From Sneathiella chungangensis (lineage in GTDB: Bacteria > Pseudomonadota > Alphaproteobacteria > Sneathiellales > Sneathiellaceae), in NCBI RefSeq assembly GCF_009882935.1, contig NZ_WTVA01000015.1, positions 597,108 through 629,107 of the forward strand: DNA of 32,000 nucleotides. The letters run 5' to 3'. Shown here piece by piece: positions 1-9,622 of this stretch. The translations under genes were made by a program, and so were the position numbers. How positions within the stretch are numbered: the first letter of the stretch is position 1; every line of letters begins with the position of its first letter. Below the pieces are notes generated by a model that searched no databases, was not told the origin of the DNA, and saw only the letters and a program-made list of their open reading frames with translations.

Positions 1-943
1 TCTTGGCGCCATCCGTAATTTCGTCGGATTGCAGGAAGATTATGAATGCATTTATTGCGCCGTCGATATGCATGCCATCACCGTCTGGCAGGATCCTGCG
101 GCGCTTCGCAGCAATACGCGGGAAGTCGCCGCCGCCTATCTTGCAGCCGGCGTTGATCCGAAACGTTCCATAATAATCGCGCAGAGCACGGTTCCCGCGC
201 ATGCCGAGCTCGCCTGGATTTTCAATTGCGTCGCCCGCCTCGGCTGGTTGAACCGGATGACCCAGTTCAAGGAGAAGGCGGGGAAGAATCGCGAGAACGC
301 TTCTGTCGGCCTGTATGCCTATCCCAACCTGATGGCGGCGGACATTATGGTCTATAAGGCAACCCATGTGCCGGTCGGGGAGGACCAGAAACAGCATCTG
401 GAACTGACCCGCGATATCGCGCAGAAGTTCAACAATGATTACGGCGCGGAAATCTTCCCGCTGGTCGAACCGCTTATTTTCGGCGAAGCGACACGGGTGA
501 TGTCGCTGCGGGACGGATCGAAGAAGATGTCGAAATCCGATCCGAGTGATTATTCGCGCATTACTTTTACGGACGATCGCGACAGCATTGCGCTGAAACT
601 GCGCAAGGCGCGGACGGATGCGGATCCGCTTCCCGAGAGGGAAGAGGGGTTGAAGAACCGCCCTGAAGCCGCCAATCTTGTCGGGATCTATGCGGCCCTC
701 GCCGATCTCACCAAGCAGAAGGTACTCGACGAATTTGCCGGGGCGCCCTTCTCGGTCTTCAAGCCGGCGCTGACCGATCTTGCGGTGGAAAAGTTCGGCC
801 CCATCGGCGAAGAAATGAAACGCCTGATGGCCGATCCGGCGCATGTTGACGCAATCTTGCATGAAGGCGCGGAACGGGCCGAGGCCCTCGCCGCGCCGGT
901 ATTGGCGGAGGTCAAGGAAGTCGTCGGTTTTCTTCGACCGTAA
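1..943 (+). CDS. trpS: Tryptophanyl-tRNA synthetase, 5' truncated by the window edge
   Basis: Frame is open from base 2 ([28 protein letters not shown]...) and continues with [32 protein letters not shown] and [16 protein letters not shown] (KMSKS), typical of bacterial TrpRS. Stop TAA at 941-943. Confidence 0.96.
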   Translation, partial: LGAIRNFVGLQEDYECIYCAVDMHAITVWQDPAALRSNTREVAAAYLAAGVDPKRSIIIAQSTVPAHAELAWIFNCVARLGWLNRMTQFKEKAGKNRENASVGLYAYPNLMAADIMVYKATHVPVGEDQKQHLELTRDIAQKFNNDYGAEIFPLVEPLIFGEATRVMSLRDGSKKMSKSDPSDYSRITFTDDRDSIALKLRKARTDADPLPEREEGLKNRPEAANLVGIYAALADLTKQKVLDEFAGAPFSVFKPALTDLAVEKFGPIGEEMKRLMADPAHVDAILHEGAERAEALAAPVLAEVKEVVGFLRP

Positions 944-1030
944 GCCGCCCAACTTGTAAGTCGATACGAAACGACATACATCTTTCACCGAAGCCATAAG
1001 TGTGGATGAGGAAGTGACGGGACGGGATAG

Positions 1031-2020
1031 ATGAGCGAAATCGGCAATAGCGGCACGGAAACCAAACGCATTGGTCGAAGCGCGCAAGCTGTGAAAGAAG
1101 GCGCGAGACGAAGCTGGAAAGTGTTCGTCTTCCTGATACTCCTGTTCCTGCTGCTCTACTATCCGATCGGCATGATCATGATCAACAATATCGAAGACGA
1201 CACCGATTTTGTGCCGACCGGCACGAATGTCGTCGCGGGCGGCAGCCATGCCGTGGATATGATGGCCGGATTGATCGACCGGGAGATCAACATCAACCGT
1301 TGGACGGCGAACGATCCGTTTTTCATGCCCTCCGCGGCACTCGACAATATGCCGAACTACCAGCAGGGGATTATTTCGGCCCTCGCGCGCTTCGGTTTCG
1401 AGCTGACCGACCAGATTGGGCGGACACGCGGTTCCAGCCAGACGGACCCGGATTTGCAGGAAGCCGCCGGCCTTCTTCAATATTCGGGCACGAAATGGGC
1501 ATGGGACCCGACGATCTCGCTTTTACCGACGGCAGCATCGGAAGAGCAATATGAAAAAGCCCGTTCCTCGCTTATCAGCTATAACAAGCGGCTTGCCGAA
1601 GGGAAGGCCGTATTTGAAAAGCGGGCCGACAACCTCCTTGCGACTCTCGACCGCATTGCCCTCGATATCGGCTCCTCCACCGCGACGATCGACAAGCATA
1701 TTGACGAAAATTCCGGCCAGATCATCGATTTCAAAGCGGATGACATCTTCTACGGCGTCAAGGGGCAGGCCTATGGCTATTACCTGCTTCTGAAAGCGCT
1801 CTCGCAGGATTATGAAACCCTGATCAAGGAACGCGGGCTTACCAACGCCTGGGCACAGATGCTGGCCAGCCTGAAGTCCGTCATCGATCTGGATCCCATT
1901 ATCGTCGTTAATGCCGTTCCTGATTCCCAGTTTCTCCCCAACCACCTGACCGCGCAGGGCTTCTATATCCTGCGCGCCCGCACTCAGCTCCAGGAGATCA
2001 GCAACATTCTCTTGAAATAA
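1031..2020 (+). CDS. DUF2333-like inner-membrane protein
   Basis: 329 aa ORF with one N-terminal TM segment (VFVFLILLFLLLYYPIGMIMI) followed by a conserved-looking periplasmic domain; matches my recollection of the DUF2333 family. Confidence 0.75.
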   Translation: MSEIGNSGTETKRIGRSAQAVKEGARRSWKVFVFLILLFLLLYYPIGMIMINNIEDDTDFVPTGTNVVAGGSHAVDMMAGLIDREININRWTANDPFFMPSAALDNMPNYQQGIISALARFGFELTDQIGRTRGSSQTDPDLQEAAGLLQYSGTKWAWDPTISLLPTAASEEQYEKARSSLISYNKRLAEGKAVFEKRADNLLATLDRIALDIGSSTATIDKHIDENSGQIIDFKADDIFYGVKGQAYGYYLLLKALSQDYETLIKERGLTNAWAQMLASLKSVIDLDPIIVVNAVPDSQFLPNHLTAQGFYILRARTQLQEISNILLK

Positions 2021-2073
2021 ACGCGCCGATAGTGGCAGGATAAATTTCAACGTGAATAACTGACGGAGCCTTT

Positions 2074-2559
2074 ATGTCAGAGGAAACCCCAACCGGCGTC
2101 CGCAACAAGTTCCTTGTTGTCGTCGATGAAACCCCGGAATGCAAATCGGCCATCCGGTTTGCGAGCCGCCGCGCCTGGCATGTTGGCGGCGGGGTAATCC
2201 TGCTTTATGTCATAGAGCCGCCGGAGTTCCAGCACTGGATGGGCGTTGAACAGGCGATGCGCGAGGAAGCCCGGGAGGCCGCCGAAGAAATCCTGCAAAA
2301 TCTGGCCGAGGAAATTCAGAAGGAAACGACGATCGTACCGGAATTCGTCATCCGTGACGGCTACAAGAAGGAAGAAGTGCTGGCACTGATCGAAGAAGAT
2401 TCCGATATCCGCGTCCTTGTCCTCGCCGCCTCGCCCGATTCCGGAGGACCGGGACCGCTGATCAAAAGCCTGGTTGGTGAAATGTCAGGAACTTTCGCCA
2501 TTCCGATTACGGTCGTCCCGGGAAATCTCACCACCCGCCAACTCGACGCCGTTACCTGA
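2074..2559 (+). CDS. Universal stress protein (UspA family)
   Basis: 161 aa; VVVDETPECKSAIRFASRRA start, alternating hydrophobic strands and a C-terminal IPITVVPGNL strand. Confidence 0.85.
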   Translation: MSEETPTGVRNKFLVVVDETPECKSAIRFASRRAWHVGGGVILLYVIEPPEFQHWMGVEQAMREEAREAAEEILQNLAEEIQKETTIVPEFVIRDGYKKEEVLALIEEDSDIRVLVLAASPDSGGPGPLIKSLVGEMSGTFAIPITVVPGNLTTRQLDAVT

Positions 2560-2878
2560 GCAACTCGAATCAATTGTCCATCGCCAGTGGCCCGGATCAA
2601 GGCGATTCGGCATCAGGACGGGTTTTTGCGGCGTCGAAAATTTGGCATAAATTATAAGTATTTACTTAAGCAGCTGAAACTCTTGGAAAAATTATTGTAA
2701 AAAATTCCGCACTTGATCTTGCTATCGACCGCCCTCATATTTCGGGTCCGGCCCAGAGTGAAGGAAAAACACTTTTTGGGCCTAAATATTGTGGAAGCAG
2801 TAACAGTACATACTATATGTCGCGGTATTTCGTGGAATAGCGCGTTCTTGAGCAGAGAAATACATCGCAGTTTATGTA

Positions 2879-3877
2879 ATGCAGCTACTGATATCCGGTC
2901 TTAAATCCAATAAAATTGCGACTTTGGTAGGTATTGCCCTGGCGATTACCTATCTGGTGCCGGATTTTATCGACAGCACCCGTGAGGTGCGAACGGCATC
3001 CTATGGCGTCGGCAAACAGCTGTTCGCGAAGGCCGTTCCCCTTCCGCCGCGCAAACCAAGCGATATTCCGGCAGTCGACCAGCCGGACCAGTTCGATATG
3101 GAAAGCCTGAAGGCGCGCCTTTCGCAGGTCGACTATCGCCTGCGCGATGTCCGGCGCGGCGAGCCGGTGCCACGGTTTTATGTGGAGCAAATGCCGGTCG
3201 ATATACTCGACATCCCCGATGTGGAGGAGCGAAAGCGGACCTTTATCAAGCTGGTTTTGCCGCTGATCCTGAACGTCAACGAGAAAATCGCCGCGCAACG
3301 CTCCCGGCTCGCCACTCTTGTGGAGGCAAAATCTGACGGCAAGAGCCTTCGCGAAACAGATCGCAAATGGCTGGACGAAATTGCCATTCGCTACCGCGCC
3401 GAAGAAAGCGACCCCGAATCCCTGCTGGTTAGAGTGGATGAAGTGCCGGTATCGCTGGCGATCGCGCAGGCTGTCGAGGAATCCGGCTGGGGCACGTCGC
3501 GCTTCGCCCGGGAGGGGAATGCCCTGTTCGGGCAGCGAGTTTGGGCAACCGGCAAGGGGCTGGTTCCGGAAGACCGCGATCATGACGAATCCCATGAAGT
3601 GAAATCCTTCAAGTCGATCGCAGAGTCGATCAGGGCATATATCCATAATCTGAATTCGCATCCCGCTTACGCCGATTTCCGTCAGGTCCGTGCCCGCCAG
3701 CATCTCGAACCCGGTTTCACGGCCGATGCAATGGGTCTGATCGATACGCTGCATGTCTACTCTGAAAAAGGAGTGGAATATGTCAATAATCTTCGCTCCC
3801 TGATCGAAATGAACCGTCTCGATGACTTCGAAGATGCCGTGCTTGCACCGGAACGGTTTGCTGACAGCCGCCGCTAA
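2879..3877 (+). CDS. Bax-like / glucosaminidase-domain protein, membrane-anchored
   Basis: 332 aa; N-terminal hydrophobic segment; SLAIAQAVEESGWGTSRFAREGNALFGQ is a typical glucosaminidase (FlgJ/Bax-like) active-site region; later IRAYIHNLNSHPAYADFR. Confidence 0.85.
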   Translation: MQLLISGLKSNKIATLVGIALAITYLVPDFIDSTREVRTASYGVGKQLFAKAVPLPPRKPSDIPAVDQPDQFDMESLKARLSQVDYRLRDVRRGEPVPRFYVEQMPVDILDIPDVEERKRTFIKLVLPLILNVNEKIAAQRSRLATLVEAKSDGKSLRETDRKWLDEIAIRYRAEESDPESLLVRVDEVPVSLAIAQAVEESGWGTSRFAREGNALFGQRVWATGKGLVPEDRDHDESHEVKSFKSIAESIRAYIHNLNSHPAYADFRQVRARQHLEPGFTADAMGLIDTLHVYSEKGVEYVNNLRSLIEMNRLDDFEDAVLAPERFADSRR

Positions 3878-4026
3878 CCCCCAACCCCCTCCGTATTTCA
3901 TCGCCTGCACATTCCATCTCGCAAAATCGGGAGGGATATGGAAATATGTTCCGTGCGCGCCTTCTAATCAGGCGATGCCGCGATGAGAGCGTGATCCGTA
4001 AAAATAAAGAAAAGCGAGGGGAGATC

Positions 4027-4797
4027 ATGGGCCGCCTGGAAAACAAAGTTGCCGTCATAACAGGAGCTGCCACCGGAATTGGTCTGGCGACCAGTCGCCG
4101 GTTCGTGGAGGAGGGCGCTTTTGTCCTGATGACAGACATCAACAGCGCAGCCGGCGAGACGGCCGCGAAGGAATTTGGCGCAAAGGCCCGTTTCCTTTCG
4201 CATGATGTAACGAAAGAGGCGGACTGGCAGAAGGTGATATCCACGGCCGTGGCGGACGTGAATGGCATCGATATTCTGGTGAATAATGCCGGAATTCTTG
4301 CCATCGGGGAGCGTCAGACGATTGAGGATACCGATCTCGCGCATTGGCAGGCAATTCAAAAAGTAAATGTGGAAGGTGTTTTTCTCGGCTGTCAGGCGGC
4401 GGTCAGGGCGATGAAGGAGCGCGGCGGATCGATCGTCAATATCTCCTCCGTCGCCGCGATAATCGGCACGCCGACACTTGCTGCCTATGGCGCCTCGAAG
4501 GCGGCGGTACGGCAGCTCACAAAAACCGTCGCAATCCATAGCGCCAACAACGGATATGGTATTCGCTGCAATTCCGTTCACCCGGATCCCGTCCGCACCA
4601 ATATGGGCGACGAGCTGATGGGTATGTATGGCGGCGATATCCAGGCGGGATGGGAGGCTCTACCGGCCCGAGTCCCACTCAAGACCCCAAGCGAACCCGT
4701 CGACATCGCGAACAGCATCCTCTTTCTTGCGTCAGATGAAGCGCGGCACATCACGGGGGCCGAGCTTGTCGTCGACGGCGGCATGACCGCGATTTAG
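4027..4797 (+). CDS. Short-chain dehydrogenase/reductase (SDR)
   Basis: MGRLENKVAVITGAATGIGLA (TGxxxGIG), NNAG, YGASKAA (YxxxK). Start moved to ATG 4027 after GGGGAG; the track ORF begins at 3946. Confidence 0.92.
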   Translation: MGRLENKVAVITGAATGIGLATSRRFVEEGAFVLMTDINSAAGETAAKEFGAKARFLSHDVTKEADWQKVISTAVADVNGIDILVNNAGILAIGERQTIEDTDLAHWQAIQKVNVEGVFLGCQAAVRAMKERGGSIVNISSVAAIIGTPTLAAYGASKAAVRQLTKTVAIHSANNGYGIRCNSVHPDPVRTNMGDELMGMYGGDIQAGWEALPARVPLKTPSEPVDIANSILFLASDEARHITGAELVVDGGMTAI

Positions 4798-4830
4798 AAT
4801 CACCAGATTTGTTACGGGAGAAACCAGCCG

Positions 4831-5889
4831 ATGCGGATAGACCATGATGAACTAACGACTTTTGTCGAGGCGATTTTCAAGGCGGCCGGCAGCGAACCAA
4901 TAGAAGCCGCCATCGTTGCCGATCATCTTGTCCTCGCCAACCTTTCGGGCCATGACAGCCATGGCGTTGGCATGATTCCCCGCTATGTCGAAAATATCGA
5001 GGCCGGCTATCTGGTACCCAATGAACATGCCGAACTTGTCAGGCAGGACGGATCCATTCTCGTTTTCAATGGCCGTGCCGGCTTCGGTCAGGTCGTCGCC
5101 CGGGAAGCCATGGCGCAAACCATAAATGTTGCGCGAAAGACGGGCCTCGCCCTCTCGGCCTTGCGCAATGCCCATCATATCGGACGGGTTGGAACCTACG
5201 GGGAGCAATGTGCGGACGCCGGCCTCGTCTCAATTCATTTCGTCAATGTAACGGGACACAGGGGGCTCGTTGCCCCGCATCGCGGATCAGACGCCCGCTA
5301 CGGCACCAACCCCATCTGTATTTCGCTTCCCGATACCCAGCACGAAAAGCGCATCATTCTCGATTTCGCAACAAGCAAGGTCGCGCTCGGCAAGATCCGG
5401 GTCGCCCATAACAGCGGCAAGGAAGTCGAGGAAGGCCTGCTGATCGACAATCACGGGAACTCGACGACCGATCCGGGCGTGATGTTTGCCGAAGAATCCG
5501 GCTCGCTTCTTCCTCTTGCAGAGCATAAAGGCTATGGACTTGCGCTTATGTGCGAGCTTCTTACTGGCGCGATTGGCGGCGGCGGGACAATCCAGCCGGG
5601 CAATGTGCGTGATTCCCGCGTCATCAACAATATGCTTTCGATCGTATTTGACCCGGCCCGGCTGACCGAAACGGACTATATCGCCAGCGAATTGAAGGCC
5701 ATGTGCGACTATGTGCGGGAGTCGCCGCCGCGCAAAGGTTATGGCAATGTCATCCTGCCGGGCGATCCCGAACGCGAGCAGCGTGCCGAGCGCAAATCAA
5801 ATGGCATCGAGATCGACGCGGAAACCTGGCGGCAGATCACCGAAGCCGCCGCCAGCGTCAATGTCCTCCCTAATACACACCAATATTGA
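4831..5889 (+). CDS. Malate/L-lactate dehydrogenase family oxidoreductase (Ldh_2)
   Basis: 352 aa; SGHDSHGVGMIPRYVE, LRNAHHIGRVGTYGE, GTNPICISLP, LPLAEHKGYGLALMCELL motifs of the Ldh_2 family. Confidence 0.9.
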   Translation: MRIDHDELTTFVEAIFKAAGSEPIEAAIVADHLVLANLSGHDSHGVGMIPRYVENIEAGYLVPNEHAELVRQDGSILVFNGRAGFGQVVAREAMAQTINVARKTGLALSALRNAHHIGRVGTYGEQCADAGLVSIHFVNVTGHRGLVAPHRGSDARYGTNPICISLPDTQHEKRIILDFATSKVALGKIRVAHNSGKEVEEGLLIDNHGNSTTDPGVMFAEESGSLLPLAEHKGYGLALMCELLTGAIGGGGTIQPGNVRDSRVINNMLSIVFDPARLTETDYIASELKAMCDYVRESPPRKGYGNVILPGDPEREQRAERKSNGIEIDAETWRQITEAAASVNVLPNTHQY

Positions 5890-5919
5890 TTAATTGTTGT
5901 TATATATAAGCGTAATTAG

Positions 5920-6696
5920 CTATCTTTTGAGATTTTTCAGCAAGTCATCCGCCGCCGTCGCAACAAGGCCTGTATCGCCTGCGCAAAGAAGAAAATCAAA
6001 GCCTTGGGCGAACAGCTCGTTGGTCTGCCGCGGCCCCTTCGATATGCAGCCGAGATAGGCCGGGCTCGCCTTGATGCGATCCCGCGCCTCCTCAAACAGC
6101 GCCTTGACTTCGGGGTCATCGAATTCGGCGAGCTTGTTGATACTGCCGGACAGATCGTTAGGACCGATAAAAAGCATGTCCACGCCATCGACGGCGGCAA
6201 TGCTCTCGATATTGCCGACAGCCTCCTTCGTTTCGATCTGGCAGACGATCATCAGGTCCTGATCCAGGTTATCCCGATATTCGCGTGCCGTCCGCCCGTA
6301 ACCGCCAGCGCGCGCCGCGCCGAACCCTGCGCTGCGGATGCCCGTCGGCGGGTATCGGCAGGCGGCGACGACGGCCCGGGCCTCCTCCGCCGTATTGACG
6401 GATGGCACCATTATGCCGTCCATTCCGGTATCAAGCGCCCTCTTGATCAGGACGGTATCGTTCCACGGAACCCGCATGAGGACGGTCACGTCGCTTACCG
6501 ATCGGACGGCGCGATGCTGGTCGATGGCGGTTTCCAGACTTCCCGAGCCATGTTCATGATCAATCATCAGGGCATCGAAGCCCGCGCCCGCGACGATCTC
6601 CGCCATATCGGACGAATTGGAGAAGAGCCAGCAGGCCGCCGCCTTTCCGCCGGCCTGAAGTTTTTGTTTTAGTTTATTCGGGCGATGCATTGGCAC
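5920..6696 (-). CDS. HpcH/HpaI-family aldolase/lyase
   Basis: 258 aa; FDALMIDHEHG, VLMRVPWND, LDTGMDGIMVPSVNTAEEA, QIETKEAVGNIESIAAVDGVDMLFIGPNDLS; strong class II aldolase (HpaI) signature. Confidence 0.92.
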   Translation of the reverse strand: MPMHRPNKLKQKLQAGGKAAACWLFSNSSDMAEIVAGAGFDALMIDHEHGSGSLETAIDQHRAVRSVSDVTVLMRVPWNDTVLIKRALDTGMDGIMVPSVNTAEEARAVVAACRYPPTGIRSAGFGAARAGGYGRTAREYRDNLDQDLMIVCQIETKEAVGNIESIAAVDGVDMLFIGPNDLSGSINKLAEFDDPEVKALFEEARDRIKASPAYLGCISKGPRQTNELFAQGFDFLLCAGDTGLVATAADDLLKNLKR

Positions 6697-6716
6697 TCCT
6701 TTTTCTTTTTTGGGGT

Positions 6717-7757
6717 TTATTTTGGAATGTAGAACAGCGAGCCGAACCAGCGCCAGCGCCTGTCGGGCCCGAGAAGGGTGCAGTTAATCCGGCCCCGGCC
6801 CGGTTTGAAAGCAGCGGCCAGCCGGATCTCAATACGCGAGTCGCCAATTTTTTCAATCGGCACAGCCCCGCCTGTCTGGTTGGAAGAAAAGCAGGACAGA
6901 CCATTGAGGTTGCCGTAATCCTCGGCGATCGTGAAACCGAAATTCGGTGGATTGCGTTTCAGCACGTTGTCGGAGGGCGTTACATCCGTAACCCGCAACG
7001 GCAGTGCGTTGGCGGCCAGCCTGAAACGCCCAATACCGCCATAATTCTCGCTCATCGCGAAGCGGGGAAGTTCCAGCCTGTCGTAACCGGAATAGGCAAC
7101 GCCCGATTGCTGCCCAAACGCCGCCTTGAAACCGATATTGCGAATAACCGTCTTCACGTCGTTACCGTATTCTCCGTAGGGATAGGCGAATATCGCGGGC
7201 ACGAAGCCGAGTTCCGCCTGATAACGCTCGCTTGCCAGATTGATATCCGCTTCGATTTCCTCCGGGCTCATAAGCGGCAGATGCGCATGGGAATAGGTAT
7301 GATGCCCGATATGCACGCCCGCATCCCGAAGCTCGCGGATCTGGTCCCAGCTCATGTAGCCTGCATACTGCTTGTCCACCGACTCGACGGCAACAAAGAC
7401 CGTGAACGGCAAATTCGCCTCTTTCAACAGCGGCCAGGCAACGTCGTAAACGGAAAGGTAGGCATCGTCGACGGTAAGCGCGACGGTGCGGTCGGGAAGC
7501 GACTCACCTCTTTCCAGCCGATCGACAATTTCGTTCAGGGGCAACACCGTATACTGGCCGTTTTGTAGCTCCTGAATATGTTCCTTGAACTGATCGACCC
7601 GGATATTGGTCGATGAATACTGATCCTCACCAAACCGGTGATACATGATGACGCTTGCCCAGTCAGCAGCGCTCGCGGCATTCGTCCATACCAATGCACC
7701 GAAAAATATGGCCGCCGCACCAAACAGCCCAAAAATTCTTGTTCCTGCCCGTTTCAT
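6717..7757 (-). CDS. Polysaccharide deacetylase family protein (NodB-like), exported
   Basis: 346 aa; signal peptide-like N-terminus (FGLFGAAAIFFGALVWTNAASA), MYHRFGE, VALTVDDAYLSVYD, HHTYSHAHL, FAYPYGEYG. Confidence 0.9.
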   Translation of the reverse strand: MKRAGTRIFGLFGAAAIFFGALVWTNAASAADWASVIMYHRFGEDQYSSTNIRVDQFKEHIQELQNGQYTVLPLNEIVDRLERGESLPDRTVALTVDDAYLSVYDVAWPLLKEANLPFTVFVAVESVDKQYAGYMSWDQIRELRDAGVHIGHHTYSHAHLPLMSPEEIEADINLASERYQAELGFVPAIFAYPYGEYGNDVKTVIRNIGFKAAFGQQSGVAYSGYDRLELPRFAMSENYGGIGRFRLAANALPLRVTDVTPSDNVLKRNPPNFGFTIAEDYGNLNGLSCFSSNQTGGAVPIEKIGDSRIEIRLAAAFKPGRGRINCTLLGPDRRWRWFGSLFYIPK

Positions 7758-7763
7758 CCGCCT

Positions 7764-8354
7764 TCAACCCGCATTCGACTGACCTGTATCGCCCATCATC
7801 CGGCTTCCCGCCGCCTTGTCCGAAAGGGTAGGATATCGGCGAGGTTTAAACAATTGGTAATGCCACCATTCATTCCGGTAAAAATCCCATCCGGCCGCCG
7901 TCATCAATCCGAGCAGGATTGCCCGGTTCTGCTGAGCCTCAGCGGATATATCTAGCGCGCCGTGAAAGGACGATGGCGTCATGGCGTCAAATCCTGTTCC
8001 CATTTCAAGTTCGTGACCGGAGCCGTCCATCAGGGTGAGGTCGATTGCCGCCCCCCGCGAATGGGGGGACCCGCTGCTCGGATGCGACAGAAAATCGGGG
8101 TTCGGCGTGTGATCCCAGAGCATCTGAACGGCCTCGGTCGGGCGAAAGGCATCAAATATCTTGATGCGAAGGCCGATGGCCGCCGCCAGTTCGACGGCGC
8201 GCCGTAAATTATCGGCAGCCTCGAGATTAAGGTAGCACGCGCCCCGCCGATAGACCGGCCTGCCGGTGAAATTATTCCCGCTCACATACCGCAGATCAAG
8301 CTCAACATCAAACTCTTGCGGTGTTATTTCGACTAGGTTCGCATTTAGTGTCAT
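7764..8354 (-). CDS. D-alanyl-D-alanine dipeptidase (peptidase M15D, VanX/DdpX-like)
   Basis: 196 aa; FDAFRPTEAV, SPHSRGAAIDLTL, MGTGFDAM, AGWDFYRNEWWHYQLF: zinc-dependent VanX-type motifs. Confidence 0.88.
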   Translation of the reverse strand: MTLNANLVEITPQEFDVELDLRYVSGNNFTGRPVYRRGACYLNLEAADNLRRAVELAAAIGLRIKIFDAFRPTEAVQMLWDHTPNPDFLSHPSSGSPHSRGAAIDLTLMDGSGHELEMGTGFDAMTPSSFHGALDISAEAQQNRAILLGLMTAAGWDFYRNEWWHYQLFKPRRYPTLSDKAAGSRMMGDTGQSNAG

Positions 8355-8381
8355 CGTTAACCTGTTGACTTGAAATCACGC

Positions 8382-8404
8382 GCCAGAGAGCGTAACACTC
8401 TGGC
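8382..8404. repeat. Inverted repeat GCCAGAG-N9-CTCTGGC in the divergent M15/tsaB intergenic region
   Basis: Perfect 7-bp arms at 8382-8388 and 8398-8404. Confidence 0.6.
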
Positions 8405-8446
8405 CTCACGGTGACCCTACATGGCTCGAATACGGAAGGCAATATA

Positions 8447-9151
8447 ATGAAGATTCTGGCGTTTGATACCGCAATGAACGCCTGCTCCGTCGCCATAACG
8501 GAGGGAACCCTGGTCCTTCACCATGTCCATGAAAAACGGCGGCGGGGCCATGCCGAAGCCCTTCTGCCAATGATCGAAGCATCGATGCGCGAGACCGGCC
8601 TTGGCTATCCGGATATCGACCTGATCGCCGTTACTGTGGGGCCGGGAACCTTCACGGGACTCAGGATCGGACTGGCTGCCGCACGCGGGATCGCGCTTGC
8701 AGCGAAAAAACCGCTGATCGGCATTACCACGCTTGAGGCGATCTCGGCCGCGGTGTCGCCCTCCATGGCCGCCGAACGCCCCGTTATCGCGACCGCCGAT
8801 GCCCGGCGCGGAGAGATTTATCTACAGGCCTTCAGGCGGATTGAAAATGACTCGCTCATCACGCCGCTGACCGATGCGGCCGCCGTGAAAACAGAGGATG
8901 CCCTCGCCTCCGTTGGATTGGACCGCGCCGTCCTTGTCGGGTCCGGCGCGCCGCTTCTCGCCGCGCAGGGCGGATTTGACCCGCAAAAATTTGAACTGCT
9001 GGCTATTGACGATGATCCGGATGCAATCCAGGTGGCACGGCTGGCGTTTGGTCGCGGCCGTCCTCCCGCCGACACGCCGCCGCCTGCGCCGGTATATCTG
9101 AGGGCGCCGGATGCGAAGCTACCGGGCGGTAAAGACCCGACCGCCTCCTGA
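8447..9151 (+). CDS. tsaB: tRNA threonylcarbamoyladenosine biosynthesis protein TsaB
   Basis: [40 protein letters not shown]. Start placed at ATG 8447 rather than the upstream GTG 8411. Confidence 0.93.
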   Translation: MKILAFDTAMNACSVAITEGTLVLHHVHEKRRRGHAEALLPMIEASMRETGLGYPDIDLIAVTVGPGTFTGLRIGLAAARGIALAAKKPLIGITTLEAISAAVSPSMAAERPVIATADARRGEIYLQAFRRIENDSLITPLTDAAAVKTEDALASVGLDRAVLVGSGAPLLAAQGGFDPQKFELLAIDDDPDAIQVARLAFGRGRPPADTPPPAPVYLRAPDAKLPGGKDPTAS

Positions 9152-9163
9152 GTGGGAGGATCC

Positions 9164-9622
9164 ATGACCGACTTATTTACGGAAACCGACTTTTTTACTG
9201 ACAGCTCCGCCGCGACGCTCGCGAGCGCGCTGCATGCACGCTGCTTCGATGACCCATGGAATGAAGAAGCGTTTGTATCTGCACTCAATATTCCGGGAAC
9301 AATACTCCAGGTCATGTGCGTTGCGAAGGAACCGACCGCCTTTGCGCTATATCGGCAAATTCTGGATGAAGCCGAAATCCTGTCTCTGGGCACGGTGCCC
9401 GAGTTGCGCGAAAAAGGAATTGCCACTCGCCTTCTGGATGATGGAATTAAATTTTTGCGGGAAAGAAAAACGCAAATTCTGCTTCTTGAAGTCGGGGTGC
9501 AAAACATTGCTGCTCAACAGCTTTATCGCGCGAAAGGGTTTCGGGAAATCGGCCGCCGCCCAAATTACTACAACCATGGCGCGGGCGGCGAAGATGCGAT
9601 CATGATGAAATTACAGCTTTAA
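9164..9622 (+). CDS. rimI: GNAT acetyltransferase, RimI-like
   Basis: GTVPELREKGIATRLLDDGI, LLEVGVQNIAAQQLYRAKGFREIGRRPNYY; directly downstream of tsaB; start ATG 9164 after GGGAGG. Confidence 0.85.
   Translation: MTDLFTETDFFTDSSAATLASALHARCFDDPWNEEAFVSALNIPGTILQVMCVAKEPTAFALYRQILDEAEILSLGTVPELREKGIATRLLDDGIKFLRERKTQILLLEVGVQNIAAQQLYRAKGFREIGRRPNYYNHGAGGEDAIMMKLQL

Noticed and set aside
2713-2904. 63-aa ORF in the spacer before the glucosaminidase gene
   Set aside because: No convincing ribosome-binding site, no recognisable domain, and overlaps the start of the downstream gene; more likely non-coding leader.
2885-3910. 341-aa ORF on the minus strand opposite the glucosaminidase gene
   Set aside because: The plus-strand ORF has a TM anchor and a glucosaminidase active-site motif; the minus-strand translation has neither family signature nor sensible composition.
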